From Parasitella parasitica NRRL 2501 (Eukaryota > Fungi > Mucoromycota), in assembly GCA_025201805.1 (NCBI GenBank), contig MU619396.1:2162-66161 (forward strand): 64,000 bases of DNA. Direction: 5' to 3'. Numbering within the stretch: the first letter of the stretch is position 1; every line of letters starts with the position of its first letter. The notes under the pieces are model-generated. The model ran no database searches. It was not told where the DNA came from and saw only the letters and a list, made by a program, of their open reading frames with translations. Positions 1-13,839 of the stretch are shown here, piece after piece. Both the position numbers and the translations under genes were made by a program.

Positions 1-38
1 CGTGAAGATGCTCTTGTTTAATTAGAATAGAATGCAAA

Positions 39-3000
39 CTAGTCTTTACTCAACAATAGAGTGGTATTTTGTTCGATATCATCTGTGCTGGAGTCAAACA
101 ATGTCTCCCATTGATCTCCAGGGACAATTGCACCAAATAGCAAAGTCATATTAGCTCCAAGCTACACAATATAAATATATGAATATAATTGCATGTAAAT
201 AAAAAATAGTGATTACCTTGTCCAAATCTCGAATAATGTCCTCCAATACAGTGACATACGCATAATAAAACAAGTATACATGGTCCTTTTCCAATAGTTG
301 CTTGGATTGGACTACAGGCAATTCTCTTAATCTTGTAATCAGTGATTCCCAGGCCTTTCTAGCTGGTGGTAAATAGGGTGGTAATGGAGTCTTGAGTCGC
401 ATAGCAGACGCCAAAATGTAAAAATAAAGCAGCACATTGCCCACCATTTCCTTTCTCTCTTGGCTCACAGGCAAAATAAAATCATGCTGAACTTGCTCAA
501 ACCAGGCATCTTTGAGGACAACAGTTCGCATGGAAGCAAATTTGTCGGTTATATTCTGACAGGAGGCCAAGATATCACTGTAAGTAGCGACAGGGAAAGC
601 ACCTTTCAATCGAGGTTCATTAGGCGTTTGCTTCAATAATTCTTGCAGTTCCAACAAGGTACGCTGGAGACTCAATTCGACATCCATAAAAACTTGAGAA
701 GCATGCTGTCTTTGCGCATGGATATCTTCCATAACGGTAGTATTGAGACTGTCGTTAGGTAGAGACCGTTGTGAATAGACAGAGACAAGTCGTTTGTACA
801 ACCAAGCCAATCTAAGCAAGAAATCAGAAACACCCTTTCTTAATTCCACTCTGGCCTCATAAGGCCAGACATAGGCAGTGGCGAGCAAGCCAAAAATGAC
901 ACCCACAAAAATGGATATACATCGCTGCAACGCTAAATGGGTCACCTCAATGCGATGTGTTTCTCTATCGTTGTACTTGTTCAACATGACTAGATTGTAG
1001 GCGAGTAATGTAAATTGACCAAATTTGCCGTGTTTATGATGCAGAATCATCCAAAAATTAGGGATCGAGAACAGCCAGGTGAATAGAATCAAAACATACA
1101 TATTGTCAGGGAAGATCAAATAAAAACACATGGCTACAAAACATCCTAATGCAGTAGAGTAAATACGATAGATGGCGACCAAGTTGGTCCCCCCGACGGT
1201 GGGTGCCATGACCACCATCAACTATGTAGTAGCACATATTAATACATCAAGATAAACAAGATAAACAAGATAAACAAGATAAACAAGATAAACAAGATAA
1301 ACAAATAAACAAACAAAACTTACAGTAATCAGAGCCCACTCCATACGCCATTCACGATACCAAGCGCTTGTCGATTCCAGAAAAGCAGGTGTAGCAAGTA
1401 TAATTGCTGCAACAGTTGCCTTGATAGCATATCTCATTTTTTGGAGTTTGAACAGAGAAAACATTCTCCATACCCGAAGAATCATACGTCTCCACTGTGT
1501 CTTTGGTATTGGCGTGTGTAGTGTATCCATTTTATGTCTTTCATTAGGGACAAAGGCAGGCTTCTTGGTTTCCCTGAAATTCATTTTTCTACTAGTGAAG
1601 AACTGATAGATCAGTGTACACAATGTTCTCTTTTGTTGCTTAGCAATAGCCAGAGCTTGAACTGATTCTACAAGGGGTATCAGTTCTCTAGCAAACTCGA
1701 TCAAGTTGAACACAAAAAAATAGACCAGAAATACGTCTTCTGATGGGGCATAGCTATTGATGCAAGATGACCCACTTGGGCTGTTTTGCTGATGATGATA
1801 TCTCAATCGATGGCGATTTAATCGTTTTACGGCTTGACGTTGGGACACTTCAAAGAGGGCAATGGCTTTGACAAGATTATTCCGAAGTGTTTCATGGCTG
1901 GGCCCAGCTTTGGGTTTTTTCGAAAAATCATTCTGTAAATGTAGAATAGTTTGTTTACATGTATAGGCAAGTGATTTCAAGGGTTGACGAATTGTATGAA
2001 TAAATTCAATCAGAGTGCCATCCTCATCTTGTTCGCTGTGGTTATGATGGTTGGGTAGCTTGAAAAACTCGTCTTCGTTTTCGCTCTTGGTGCTCTGTCG
2101 TCGTTGTTGGTGCTTCTGGCGTTTGATCTCACCTTCTAGTTTACGACGATGATGGTCCGCTTTGATATTCCAAGTCTCTTTGGGGTTCTTTTTTGTTTTA
2201 CCAACCGTAGTGCGAGAAGAAGTAGGCTTTTTGGAGTTCCTTGTACCATCTTGCTGCATCAATTCAAATTGCAATCCGCAGCTGCTTCTAAGTCCACCCA
2301 TAGATTGAGCTAATCGCTGCATGCTTTTTACAACGTTATCATACTCTTTTGTGCAGCCTCTTATCTCATCATTCCAAATGACTTCGAGTTTTGCTTCAGC
2401 CAGAGACTTTTGCAAGGATGTGAAACTCGCCCGATGTGACTCAATGGCGGTTTTGAGGGAGTTGTTTGCTTTGAATTCAGGGAGATCGTCATCCAGCAAA
2501 AACGTTTTGGTCAACAGTTTCAAAAGGACCCTGTACGACATCAGAGTAGCTTCCAAATCCTGTCTGTAAAACATCAAAAATTAATATGCATACGGACATG
2601 TGTTGTCATATATACTCACTTTAGCTTTTTACTTGCTGATACAGGCCAGAACAAAATGCAACATGAAACCGTAACCAAAGTACCTGTAGCCACCGCAGAC
2701 GTGATCTGCTCAATCCGAGTTGTATCGAAGTCTCCTCTGTTTGCAGATCCCTCCCGTACAACAATAATGAATATAATGATGAAACATAAACTCGAGGCTA
2801 AAATACCAGAGAGGTATAAATATTAAATTTGCAAATATTTACAGATCCTTACCTGTAGCAACGGGCGGTTTATTCCAATGTGCCTTGAAAAACGCAACAA
2901 TAAATGTTGAGCCGGCTAGCCAGAAACCCAAAGAAATAATATGCGCAATATTGAACATGTTGCGATCCACAAAAAAATCAGTTGTCAGCATGGATCCCAA

Positions 3001-3818
3001 GCACACTACCAACGCAAATAGCGTATATCCCCATCCATAAAGCGAAGCTTCTACCATGCCGCCCAATGATTTAGCAGGATTAAAGAATACTGTTGCTGTG
3101 GCGACAAGATGGCTTGAGACATGATTGTAACCGATAAGTGCATTCATTGCAGGCACAAACGTGAACAATGAACCCAACAGGTAGGCAAAACTACATTTTA
3201 GGACAACTCGTTGCTTTGAAGTTAATTCAAAATTGGATAGCCAGCCTTTCTTTTGCTTCTTGTTGACGGAAGTGTACTGCTGTGCCAATTGCTTGTACCG
3301 CTTTTGCTTTCTTGTAGAGTTGTCAGAGGAATCGTCATCGTCACTGTCTTCATTAGATGTCGTGGATGAATCGACATCATACTGCATCTCTTGCTGAATG
3401 CTTGCATAGGATTTCTTGGGATTCTTTTGTTGTAATAAGGGTGTTTTATCATCCAGCGTTTCTTGGCTAATATTGGGTTAGCTTGCATGCCTAATGTTTG
3501 TCATACTTGATCGTACCTTTCCTTTCGGAGCTGATTATAATGATTCGACTCTTGCTGAGCATGCGGGTCTTCTTGCTCCTCTTCTTCTTGCTCATCAAGA
3601 TCATCCGGCAAGGTAGATAGTGACACAGTTCTTTTTTGTAAAGTACCATCATCTAATACTACATCAAATGCGCTGTAAGCAGAAGGTGATGCTGTAGGTA
3701 TTGATCCTATAAATGCATCAAATGGAGGCGAGATATTATCATGCATTGTTATAGGACAGGGTATGGGAGCCGCATTCCGTGGCAGCCTCTTTAGATCCTC
3801 TGATGATGGATCAGACAT
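39..3818 (-). CDS. Multi-exon FUSC/aromatic acid exporter (ArAE/ALMT-like) family membrane protein
   Basis: ORF pieces 3501-3818, 2839-3387, 1222-2577 and 151-1221 join through GT-AG introns. Motifs KCSFAYLLGSL, YAIKATVAA...EWALITV, PTVGG, WPYEARVELR and PNEPRLKGAFP are typical of fungal FUSC-like proteins. The last exon ends ...TTLLLSKD* (TAG at 39-41). Confidence 0.8.
1249..1312 (+). repeat. Intronic 9-bp tandem repeat (AAGATAAAC)n
   Basis: About 6 perfect copies decaying to AAAC units, inside the ~100-nt intron 1222-1323. This explains the VYLVYL run in the ORF track. Confidence 0.9.
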
Positions 3819-4026
3819 TCTTTTTCAAGAGAAGGAGAAAGAGGAAGAAGAGAGGGAAAAAAAAGAGGGGGTGGGGGGTTGAAGTATTTCATCATGATTT
3901 AGAGTTTCATAATGCTAGATTAAAAAGTATGAGTGGCTTGTTGGTCATACATAAATAAACGACCTTCAAATGAATTACCCAAATTGTCTTTCTTTCATCC
4001 ACTTACCACACATTGGGAATATACAA

Positions 4027-4737
4027 ATGGCTAAAGAACGCATGCAATCTGCCAAAGTGGTTCTCATCCTCTGCTCATGTTTTTTTGCTTATGGCGTAGG
4101 TATACCATCATTGAGACGCGCTGTCAAACTCGACTAACTGGAATACAACAGACTTATTGGTCTGATTGGTCCTTTGATTACTATTTCTTATGGGCAAATC
4201 TAGCTGATCATCCAAGCGCAATTGCCAGAGCCACAGTAAGTCTCCGGTGCGTTTTTCTATCATGATAGTAATAGTCATCTTCATACAACATAGCAATACT
4301 ATGCCAATCAACTGGACGCTCCCGATATTATCAAATACATCCCTTTTGCTAATTTAATCATTGCCGCTGTAGGCCTCTCTGCTGGTTTAGCCAACATGAC
4401 TGACGGCAACATTTTGTTTGATGGAGCCTCTTTAGTCTTGATGCTTTTTGCTCTTTCGACTTACGCCACATCAGTCAAGCCAGGTAAGCACAATATGTTT
4501 AATATTGCATTGTAATCTTAATTGTTTTACATAGCCATCAAGAACATTTCGGAAACTGATGTCGTAAATGAGTTATCTAAAAATTTGAAGAATATCGCAG
4601 CAGCACATTTTATCATTACACTAGCCATCACTGGTATTGTTGGATTGCAGATTACCCATTACGTTTTAAACAAAAGAGCCGATAATGCTGAACGAGCAGA
4701 AGTTACTGCTGCGGCTGCCGCCAGGAAATCTGAATAA
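4027..4737 (+). CDS. SHR3: ER membrane chaperone for amino acid permeases, Shr3 family
   Basis: Spliced product MAKERMQSAKVVLILCSCFFAYG...DWSFDYYFLW...NILFDGASLVLMLFALSTY...LKNIAAAHFIITLAITGIVGLQI. It has four TM segments and the Shr3 LFDGASL signature. Confidence 0.8.
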
Positions 4738-4763
4738 TTGTGTATATGTTGTACCATAATAAA

Positions 4764-6051
4764 TCATTCTTTATTAATTTCGCTAGCTATAGCCAAAAGT
4801 GCTTTTCCTGCAGTTTCAAAATCATCAAGATCTAGGTAGATCTGTCCGCAAAGCCTAACCCACCAAGCACCATTATTCTTGCAAACAGATCCCATCGTGG
4901 CATGTTCGTAAATCAACTTATGTAAAAAGATATTGACAATATCAGTGTCTGATTTGGTGGTTGTTGCTTTAATCGGTATTTCAACATTGACCATGTTAGC
5001 TGTGAGTGTTTTAGTCGAGTTCTCCAAAACTCTGGTGCCTAGAATATCAGCAACGAGTGCGCCGCCTTTGACAGCAAGACCATGGCAATAATCATTAATG
5101 GCCTGTTCGCCACCCAAGGATTCACGGTATTTTAATGCAGCTTCAACACAGAGATAGGGCGAGGTATCAAGAGTAGGAGGGATATGCTCTGTGGAAAAAG
5201 ACGAGTAATCCGTACCTTTCGTATGATGCTCGTAGTTCAAGGTGATGGTTGTAGGATGAACATAGCCTTGGTTACGCTTGGGGACATAAAGTATTGAACA
5301 GCCACGAGGCGTATAGAGCCATTTGTGGCAATTGGAAAAGAAAAAGTCTGCATCCAGCGCCTCCATATCTAATGCTATGTGACCCATAGCATGAGCGCCA
5401 TCAATTAAAGCCAAAATGTTGTTCTTTTGAACTAATTTAGTGAGCCTTTCAAAAGGTAAACGGACGCCAGGTAAAGAGGATAACGCATCAATTACAGCCA
5501 TAACAATTTCGGGTTCATTCGGCTTTGAATGTTCTTGTTCAATAACGTGTTTGGTTAGCTCTACAATTTCAGCATCTTCCAAAGGAAAATTTAAATCAAT
5601 TTTCACCAATTGTACACTGTATTGGTCTCGCAAAAACTCCAAAGTCTTATTGACGTTGATGTAGCCTGTTTGATACTACCAATTGCGTGAGCAACAAAAG
5701 CTTAATTACCGTATACAAGATGATACTCACATATAGAATCTTGTCTCCAGATTTGAAAGGAAAGCTCCGAAGCACATTGTTTGCTCCTTGCGATGCATTT
5801 GGAAGAAATGCGAGGTCTGTATAATCGCAGTTAATGAATTGACCTATCAATTTCAAATTATTTTCAAGCAAAGGGTGCTGTTCAAAACGGTTCCATCGGT
5901 CAGGATGTTCTTCAGCCTTATCTTGGTATCCTCGAAGAATGGGCTTGATGATATTAGGATATGTGCCGTAGGAACCATGGTTTAAAGGCGTATATCCTGC
6001 CTGAAATGAGAATTCAGAACGAAAAGATTTACCAAATTTGGGAATGGTCAT
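4764..6051 (-). CDS. PLP-dependent class V aminotransferase-fold C-S lyase, hercynylcysteine sulfoxide lyase (Egt2)-like
   Basis: Motifs LNHGSYG, DGAHAMG, FFFSNCHKWLY (PLP lysine) and WVRLCGQIYLDLDDF. One intron at ~5691-5730. Confidence 0.8.
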
Positions 6052-6497
6052 ATTACAATATATATATGAATGGTATGTAAGTAAGAAAATAGCCCTATGT
6101 TATATAGTATTTATAAAGATAGATATTTTCAACGTTAGTATGATATGCAACACAAGACCTCAACGGCATAATCGAGTTCGTGGGGAATAAGTCACCTCCA
6201 TTCATCAATGTTGGCACTTTTCTTGATCTTATGATAATGATTCAGGTACATCTACTAGTGATATATATTGGTGAGGCTGCATTTACATGAAAATCACTTG
6301 TTGGTGTTACTTGAAGACCATTGCTTTGCATGGTTCAGATCAGTATAGATACGATAGTTACGAATTGATACAAACTGCGTTTTCAGGTCTTAAAACTATC
6401 AGATATACGATGATTTGTTTAATGTGCTATGCTTGGATAACCAATTTAACAGACTCAGTTAAAGTAGTTTTCGCAGAATTGCCGTTCATTTCTCTCT

Positions 6498-6528
<31 letters not shown>

Positions 6529-7289
6529 CAAATAAAAAGTTACTTTTGAGGCCGATGGAAAGAATCAATGTGTTCTCATTACAGAAACGTTTGTATGTTT
6601 TCCCTAAAATTAACAATGTGCTGGATCAACTTTTTTGTTGCAATGGGAAGATTCCATTATCCAATATGTTAAAGCCAGATGTAACACCAATATAGACTAA
6701 TATCAAGTGCAGCAGTAACTTTGGAATTTTCGATGAAAGAATGAGAATTACAACACCATTTCCATGGTACTGTTTAGTTTGGTACGTTTTATTGTTGAGA
6801 TTGATCCAAGCACATTATAGGCTGATGTGGCATATCAAATTGTAGGTTCATGCCCTGACAGTTGATGAAATCTGCCTTGTCTTGATATTGCTATGTAGTA
6901 CGAGATTTTACGCTATTCCGCGACAACAGTGGGATATATTATACTTGTGCGTATATGACACACAATCTTACAATATATTCTTAGTAGACCAGGATACGTA
7001 GTCCTTGTTTTAGGAATTAATAATGTCTAAAGAAGTGGGGAGATGTAACAGCAGTGTGTATAATATATACAATATTAGTAGTATTCTTTTTATACAAAAT
7101 TAGTTGTTTTAGCAACACTGATTCATCAGAAGAGATCGTTTTTTACATTCCAATGGAGGGTTATTATATTTTCCACGAGCTGGGGAAGTGATACGAGGAC
7201 AAAAAGTTTAAATGATGAGATCCAGGAAATAGGGTAGATTGTACCTATACCAAATGTTATATTTTACATTATATTGATAGTAGATTATT

Positions 7290-9670
7290 ATTTTATGATC
7301 TGACGTTTTTTAATCGTGATACGACTTTAGAATTGCTATATCACCTCCTCTGGCCATTTTTTATCCCAAAACTCATATATTAAGATTTTCAATTTTTAAA
7401 TTTGAGATAACAACCTTCTAGATCATTTTTAGGTACATATATGAAATCCAATGAATACTAGTACGATAACTAGTTTTCCAGATTCCAATACCTAACATTC
7501 TTGTTGTCGAAATATTGCCAAAACCAGATTTTGCAGATTTTACAGCATATGTTCTTATAACAAGTATATTATTTTGCAATTAAATCATGTTCAAGTTTCT
7601 AAGTAAAGTATTTAAGCATGGTTTGACACACCTACTGGTATTAAATATGTTGTATTCAAGCTCGAATTCGACAAGATTCAGCCAATTTTGTCTTTTTACG
7701 GTAAATTTGGTCAGCCTATTTCTCAACAAACCACTAAGACACTTTGGCTTGAGTTATTATTAAAATCTTTTTGAAACTTAATTCTCTACTAGATGTATAA
7801 GTTTTTAGATAGAAATGTAAAAAAAAAAATATTTTTTCATGTTTTTAGCAGAGGCCTGATTTATTTTTATAACTTTCAAAGCAGAAAAAAGTATTCGAAG
7901 ATGCATTATATAGCAATATAAACATAGAACTACAAAATAGCTACGGAATGGTTTTTGTTTGGTTAAAAAATGTCAATTTTTGAGCGAGATAATGGCGAAA
8001 AACAGTATGGTTTTTTACCCTTTTGAATGGCTCCATTTTGGCCCTATAAGTCTAGGGACGAAAAAATGTTGATTGGTTTTGGTCGAGTCAAAATTTTAAT
8101 TTTTGGAAGAAATAATAAAGCTAAAGTCATAAACAAGATATTGACGGGTAGGTATTGACAAGATGGTTTGTTTGTTTAACTTTATAAAGCTGAATGTGCT
8201 CAAAAAATGCTTGATTTTACTCAAAAACTATCAAAAAGGGCGTTTTTTGAATTTTTGAAAATTGGTAGTAAAAAAATGTGTTTGCATGGTCTTGTAATTT
8301 ATATGGTTAAACGCAGAATTTATTTATTGTCATAAAACGTTTAAAACACATATCCAACATACCTATTACTTTCTCGAGATATCTAGCAATGAACTCTGCA
8401 AAAAAAGCTGCGAATCTGGTTTGGGCCAAATGGAAACACACTGCTGAGATTAAATCTACAGCCTAGATGATTTTGTCGCTGTAAATGAGTGCACTGCCTA
8501 TTTTCAGTTGAGGAGCGAAGCATGGCTCTAATATATAACTTGACTATGTCTCAATATGAATCGATAGCTGAAATAATGCATAATATAGGCTCAAAACCAT
8601 TTTTATATATCTTTATTTTGGGATGAAATAAATACCAACAAATCTGAAATATATCCCATTTCCCCGCTTAAAACCATAATTGGCAATCTCTAATATCTTT
8701 GCAAACTATTAAGCGATAGCGGTTCAACCTCTAGCTATGATCTTTTTCTTTTGAAATATCTTACAACATGTCCGAGTCTCATGTACCTCTGACCACTTTT
8801 CAGAGTTTGCCATGTTTAGACATCAAATTCGACTTTCAGTTTTCAACTTTGGGTCGGTCTTCAGGGTAATTTTTAGGTACGAATTTGGGGTCCTAACTAA
8901 GTAGTATGATAACTGTACCTCACTACGTTTTCAGATCCTCGATATCTATCATTGCTATCGAGAAACTGCCAAAACAAGGTTTTTTTTGATGATTTATAGC
9001 ATATAGGCCTATAGCAAGTTTTAAACAAGATAAAGATTGATCAAGGCATAGCTCTAGTATGAATAGAGGTTATATCTTTTGTGTCAAGAAAAGTCTCCAG
9101 TTTCGTATCTGGTTTTGTTCAGAAAGTCTTTATCATGGTAAAGTAACACATTTATATACAAAATTTTAGTGGCGCCCTTTATATTGGTAAAAAAGAGATT
9201 GTTGTATCCATATAAAGGCTACATATGTCACATCTAACATAGTTACGATGTACGGATCGTAATATTCATTATCGATAGTTCTTTTAAAAATAAGGAATAA
9301 GCTACGAGTTGTAATTGAACCAGTTGCAAGGTTCTAGGCTTATTCAAACGTTACATCAAGATCAGATTGTGGGATGTCTGGAATATATCTGGAATATATC
9401 CTACCCAATCTTCTCTTTAATAAATAGAAGAATAGGTCTGTCCTGGAAATGCTGTGATTTAATAATGGTTGACACTTCTTGTCAAACATCAGATGTTATG
9501 TAGATAAACATTGATTAGGATTTATTTTAGTATAAATAGAGATCATATCTTATGTCAATAAAAGTCTTCAATTTTGTGTCTTGTTTCATTCAGAAAAAGT
9601 CTTTATTACTTCTTTCATATAAGATTTACACAACGTTTCGCTGTGCCCTTTTACACTGGCACAACAATCA
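7290..9670. repeat. Non-coding island with degenerate direct and inverted internal repeats (probable decayed DNA-transposon-like element)
   Basis: ~7415-7565 resembles ~8860-9020. ~9038-9195 resembles ~9511-9665. 7514-7536 has an inverted copy at 8408-8431. No ORF with recognisable homology. Confidence 0.55.
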
Positions 9671-11008
9671 GGGTCATCAATCACATAATCACCGTATTGA
9701 TTCTGAAAAATACTACAAGGAATAATTTCTTATGGTCCGTATAGGATTGTATGTCTTCTCTCTTTTCTTTTACCTTTGTTTATTTCCAATACATATCTAA
9801 TTGACAAAATAAACACCAACCACTTTTCAAGTGATCAAGATCAAGCAATAGACTTAATAGGCCATAATATCCTATTTTTATCTTTTACCGTTCAAGATTA
9901 TCATCAGCCTTGGTCTGCACTATCTAATATATTTATATTTAACATTTGCTTTAAAAATTGGTGAAAGTCGGAACGTCCACTTTTTTTTTTCATTCGTTTG
10001 ATAGTTTTTGAAATTAATAGGAGCAATTAAACCTTAGTAGACAAGTCAAGTTGCATTTCTGAGATATAAGCCTTTGAAAGCGCATGACACGAGCCAATGT
10101 ACATGTAAGGCTGAATTGTATACTACGTACTAGCTGTTTTACGGTCGCATGTGCAACTTGTGTCATCAGTTCTCATGAGATAATTTGATGCAGTAAGAAG
10201 ATAATACAGTGGATTTTAGATACATGATGATAGTGGTTTTAGATACGTAGAATAATCTAACTACAGCCACCATTTGCTTTCAACATGCAATTTTTAATGT
10301 GATAGGTATTATGATCTCCATCTGCTAACCGGCTTTACATGTCCATAGATGTATTTCGAGTAACACAAATCGTTTCAATTTACGCTACTCTACAGCCGCT
10401 CACTAAGTAATCATAGTCAATTGGGCATTATATCAAGGTGATATCTCTAAACACGGATAGATATCTTTGAGACTTGTTTCATCAAGCAGAAGCAGTTACT
10501 CGCTTCCATTGATTCTTCGGTCTTAAAGAATTGAATGCATGAATATAACCATCGACACTTCTTAATTTGTGCAATCAAGTGATGTAGTTCGTTTCCCAGT
10601 TTAGATTGTACCATTTATACAAAAATTGGGTAGTCTTTGATGATCCTTAAAAGTGTGAGCATGAAACTACTGAGCCAAGGAAACACAGATGATGTTGAAC
10701 AAACTACCAAACACAACATTGGTGACGGAGGTATAGCATCTATTTGGAGAAAACAAACAATGACTATACAGGCTGATGACTAGACTTTATTTGTTGTTCA
10801 TATCATTAATACTGCAATTCGGGAAAAGGGGAACGGGGATGAGAAGCCTAATCTGAAAACGCATTGTCTTTCAAATCGTCTGTTTTTTTTAATTAACAAG
10901 GATCTTGTTTGTTTTCTTGGCCTCCCCTCTTTCTTTTTTTTTTTTTACGTTTTTTTCCCCTCCCCCTTCTTTTTTTTTTTTTTTTTTCTCTTATCCTAAT
11001 TTCTTATC

Positions 11009-12652
11009 ATGTTTAGACGCGGAAGTGCAAACGAGGGCGGCGACCCAGATTGTACCGAAGACCTCGAAAATGAATCCAAAAGTATACTTATGGGTATCAT
11101 CAGCCAATTGAGAAAAGACATGGATTTGCATAGAGTCACTTTACCTACATTCGTCCTTGAACCACGATCAATGCTTGAGCGAGTAACTGACTTCATGAGT
11201 CATCCTGAATTGTTGATAGAGTAAGTTTTATGACTACTGCAACTATCACAAAGCTCCCAAAACCTAATATTGTATCAGAGCAAGCACAAAGCCTGATCCT
11301 CTAGAAAGATTCCTGGGCGTCGTTCGTTATTTTTTATCGGGATGGCATATCAAGCCAAAGGTAACTAAATAGCAGTACTATTTATTTCCTCATATGAAGT
11401 CATAACACACTTTTATATAGGGAGTAAAGAAACCCTACAATCCTGTATTAGGCGAAATATTCAGGTGCAAATATAATTACAGTAATGGCACGGAAGCAAT
11501 ATACGTTGCCGAGCAAGTGTGCCATCACCCTCCCATCTCGGCCTATTATTATGGTAGTCCTGAAAATGGAGTTTACATTCAAGGCGATCTTCGACCAAAA
11601 TCTAAATTTCTCGGAAACAGTGCCGCAACGTTGATGGAAGGCGAGAATCATATCATCTTTACAGATCTGCACAATGAAAGATATGATATCACTATGCCAA
11701 ATGTCTATGCAAAGGGAATATTAAGTAAGTGAATCAGTTTTGATCAATAGGACGGAAGTTGACTCTTTTCTGAAATCAGTCGGTAAAATGGTTTTAGAGT
11801 TGGGCGATAGCTGTCAAGTTCGGTGTCGAACAAGTGATTTGTTATGTGAGCTTGATTTTAAAACCAAGGTAAAGGCTGCAAACAAGTAACTTTATGGTGT
11901 ATTGAAATAAGTTGCCGATATAATAGGGATTCTTTTCAGGTGAATACAATTCTGTTTCAGGAAAAGTCAAAAAGGAATCAACGGGTGAAGTGCTTTACGA
12001 GATATCTGGTCAATGGTCTAGTAAAGTTTACATCAAGATGGCCAAGGTATGTACATTTACATTTGCAATCTAAAAGTATTGAATTACAGTCATTAACAAT
12101 GGTGCTAGGCTTCCAACAAGAACCTGTTTTTCGACGTGGAAGCATCCACAATACATCCCAAAGTGGTGCGAGGAATCGATGAGCAAGAACCATTAGAGTC
12201 TAGAAGGTATTGTATTAAAAATCGGTTGAATTTACAGTGTGATTGATCCTAGTTCATAAAGACTCTGGTCCAAGGTCACATCAGCCATTCTCGACAGAGA
12301 CATGGATACAGCAACTTCTGAAAAGACACGTATAGAAGATAAACAGCGTGAAGAAACCAAACAACGGGAGGCGCAATGTAAAAAATTCAACTCACGATTT
12401 TTCAATGTAGTTGATGGTGATCAGTTTGAATTTAAGGGAATTGCAAAGTAAGTTCAGTATAAGGCAATTTTGTGAGACGCACAGTAAACTGAAAGATACT
12501 TTAGTTTTGACTACCAGAATAAGAGTAAAGCCAAGAGCGAATTGGAGAATGCTATATTTCCTCCCTTGGCCACTACTTCCCAGTCGGCTCAACCTTCACC
12601 AACCACTAGCATAAAAAATGCTAATAATAGAAGCATATCTACAGCCTATTGA
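11009..12652 (+). CDS. Oxysterol-binding protein, Osh6/Osh7-like
   Basis: Motifs DLHRVTLPTFVLEPRSMLE, KKPYNPVLGE, EQVCHHPPISAY (OSBP signature) and SKFLGNS. About 9 exons; TGA at 12650-12652. Confidence 0.9.
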
Positions 12653-12855
12653 ATATACGAGTTTATCGTAAAAATCAAGAATACCTACGTTTAAATCCTT
12701 CAAAATGAATAAATTTAAATTCTTTGACACGATTGTAACATATGTTGCAGAGGTTGCAACAAGATATATCGAAAATGCATGGCCCAAATAAAAATTCACT
12801 GTTTATTAGGGTCATCATAACTGAATAAGTATCAACTACAGTATAGTTATTCTCG

Positions 12856-13631
12856 TTAAAAAACAACTCGCCATCTGTCATTCTCATCAGGACCATCACC
12901 ATAGCAAGTGACTTCGTTATGTTCTTCAGTAAGAAGCTCATCATGACTATGTCTATACATAAAATAGGTTGTAAGTCCATAGTAGGTATAACACTTGATA
13001 GAAACTTTGGAAAATTTACTTACAAAGTCAATCCTGTATTTTTATGACGGAGAAAAAATGAGCGACCTGTATACCATGTCTGCACGATTTCAAATGTGTC
13101 AGGGATGTCTCAAAGGAGATGTATAAATTATGGAAAGCACTGTATACTTACACGATCATCAAGGCTAAAATTTTCGTTCTCATCTTCATCAAAAGTCCAC
13201 TGCTCAACAATCCATTCATCATTCTCATCGCTGGTATCATCATCTCCGTGACAAGTAACTTCTTGTTGGTCAGTGATGGGGCTCGCAATGTCAGCATGCG
13301 AGTGAAGATGAGCTCCAGTAACCAAATGTTTGAGACGAATAACGTCACCAAAATTGACCTCAACATCACCTTCAATGTCTTCCCCAATAGGAGGAATCAC
13401 AATAAAAGAAGTTTCTTCAGAAGACTCCCAACCGCCAGCATAGACTATTTGTTGTCCGCTACCATTTTCATAGTAGCTGTCTGCAACAGAGGCTAGATAA
13501 CGACCAGTCATGTTGTGCTTTAAAGAGATAAGATTCCCAAAAATAATGGGCCCATCGGCCTCAGAGTCTGTATAAAACTTAACCGTCAGCATGTATAGCA
13601 CCTAGTATATTTTAAAAGTATTACCGGACAT
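12856..13631 (-). CDS. MIR-domain-only (beta-trefoil) protein, SDF2/PMT-MIR-like
   Basis: Three MIR repeats: ISLKHNMTGRYL, IRLKHLVTGAHLHSH...QQEVTC, and FFLRHKNTGLTLHSH...NEVTCYGDGPDENDRWRVVF*. Four exons; the first is ATG TCC G at 13631. Confidence 0.75.
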
Positions 13632-13829
13632 TATGTCAATGTAGTTGTCAATACACAGAAAAGATTGAAAGTGAGCCTCTTAATTCATGGCTCCTTTTAT
13701 ATCTTCCATTATGAACAAGTGTTACAAACGAACGTATAGTGTACAAATGTAGAATACAAGAATCGGAGCAGGTCCCGAAATAATCTGAACTGCCCCCCCC
13801 ACCAACATTTTTTTTTTTTTTTTTTTTTT

Positions 13830-13839
13830 NNNNNNNNNN
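13830..13839. other. Assembly gap (10 N) after a poly(T) tract
   Basis: A run of n characters is visible in the sequence. Confidence 1.

Noticed and set aside
6100-10900. Centromere call for the long AT-rich intergenic region
   Set aside because: No flanking LINE arrays are visible and I cannot verify a centromeric motif. It is reported only as a repeat island.
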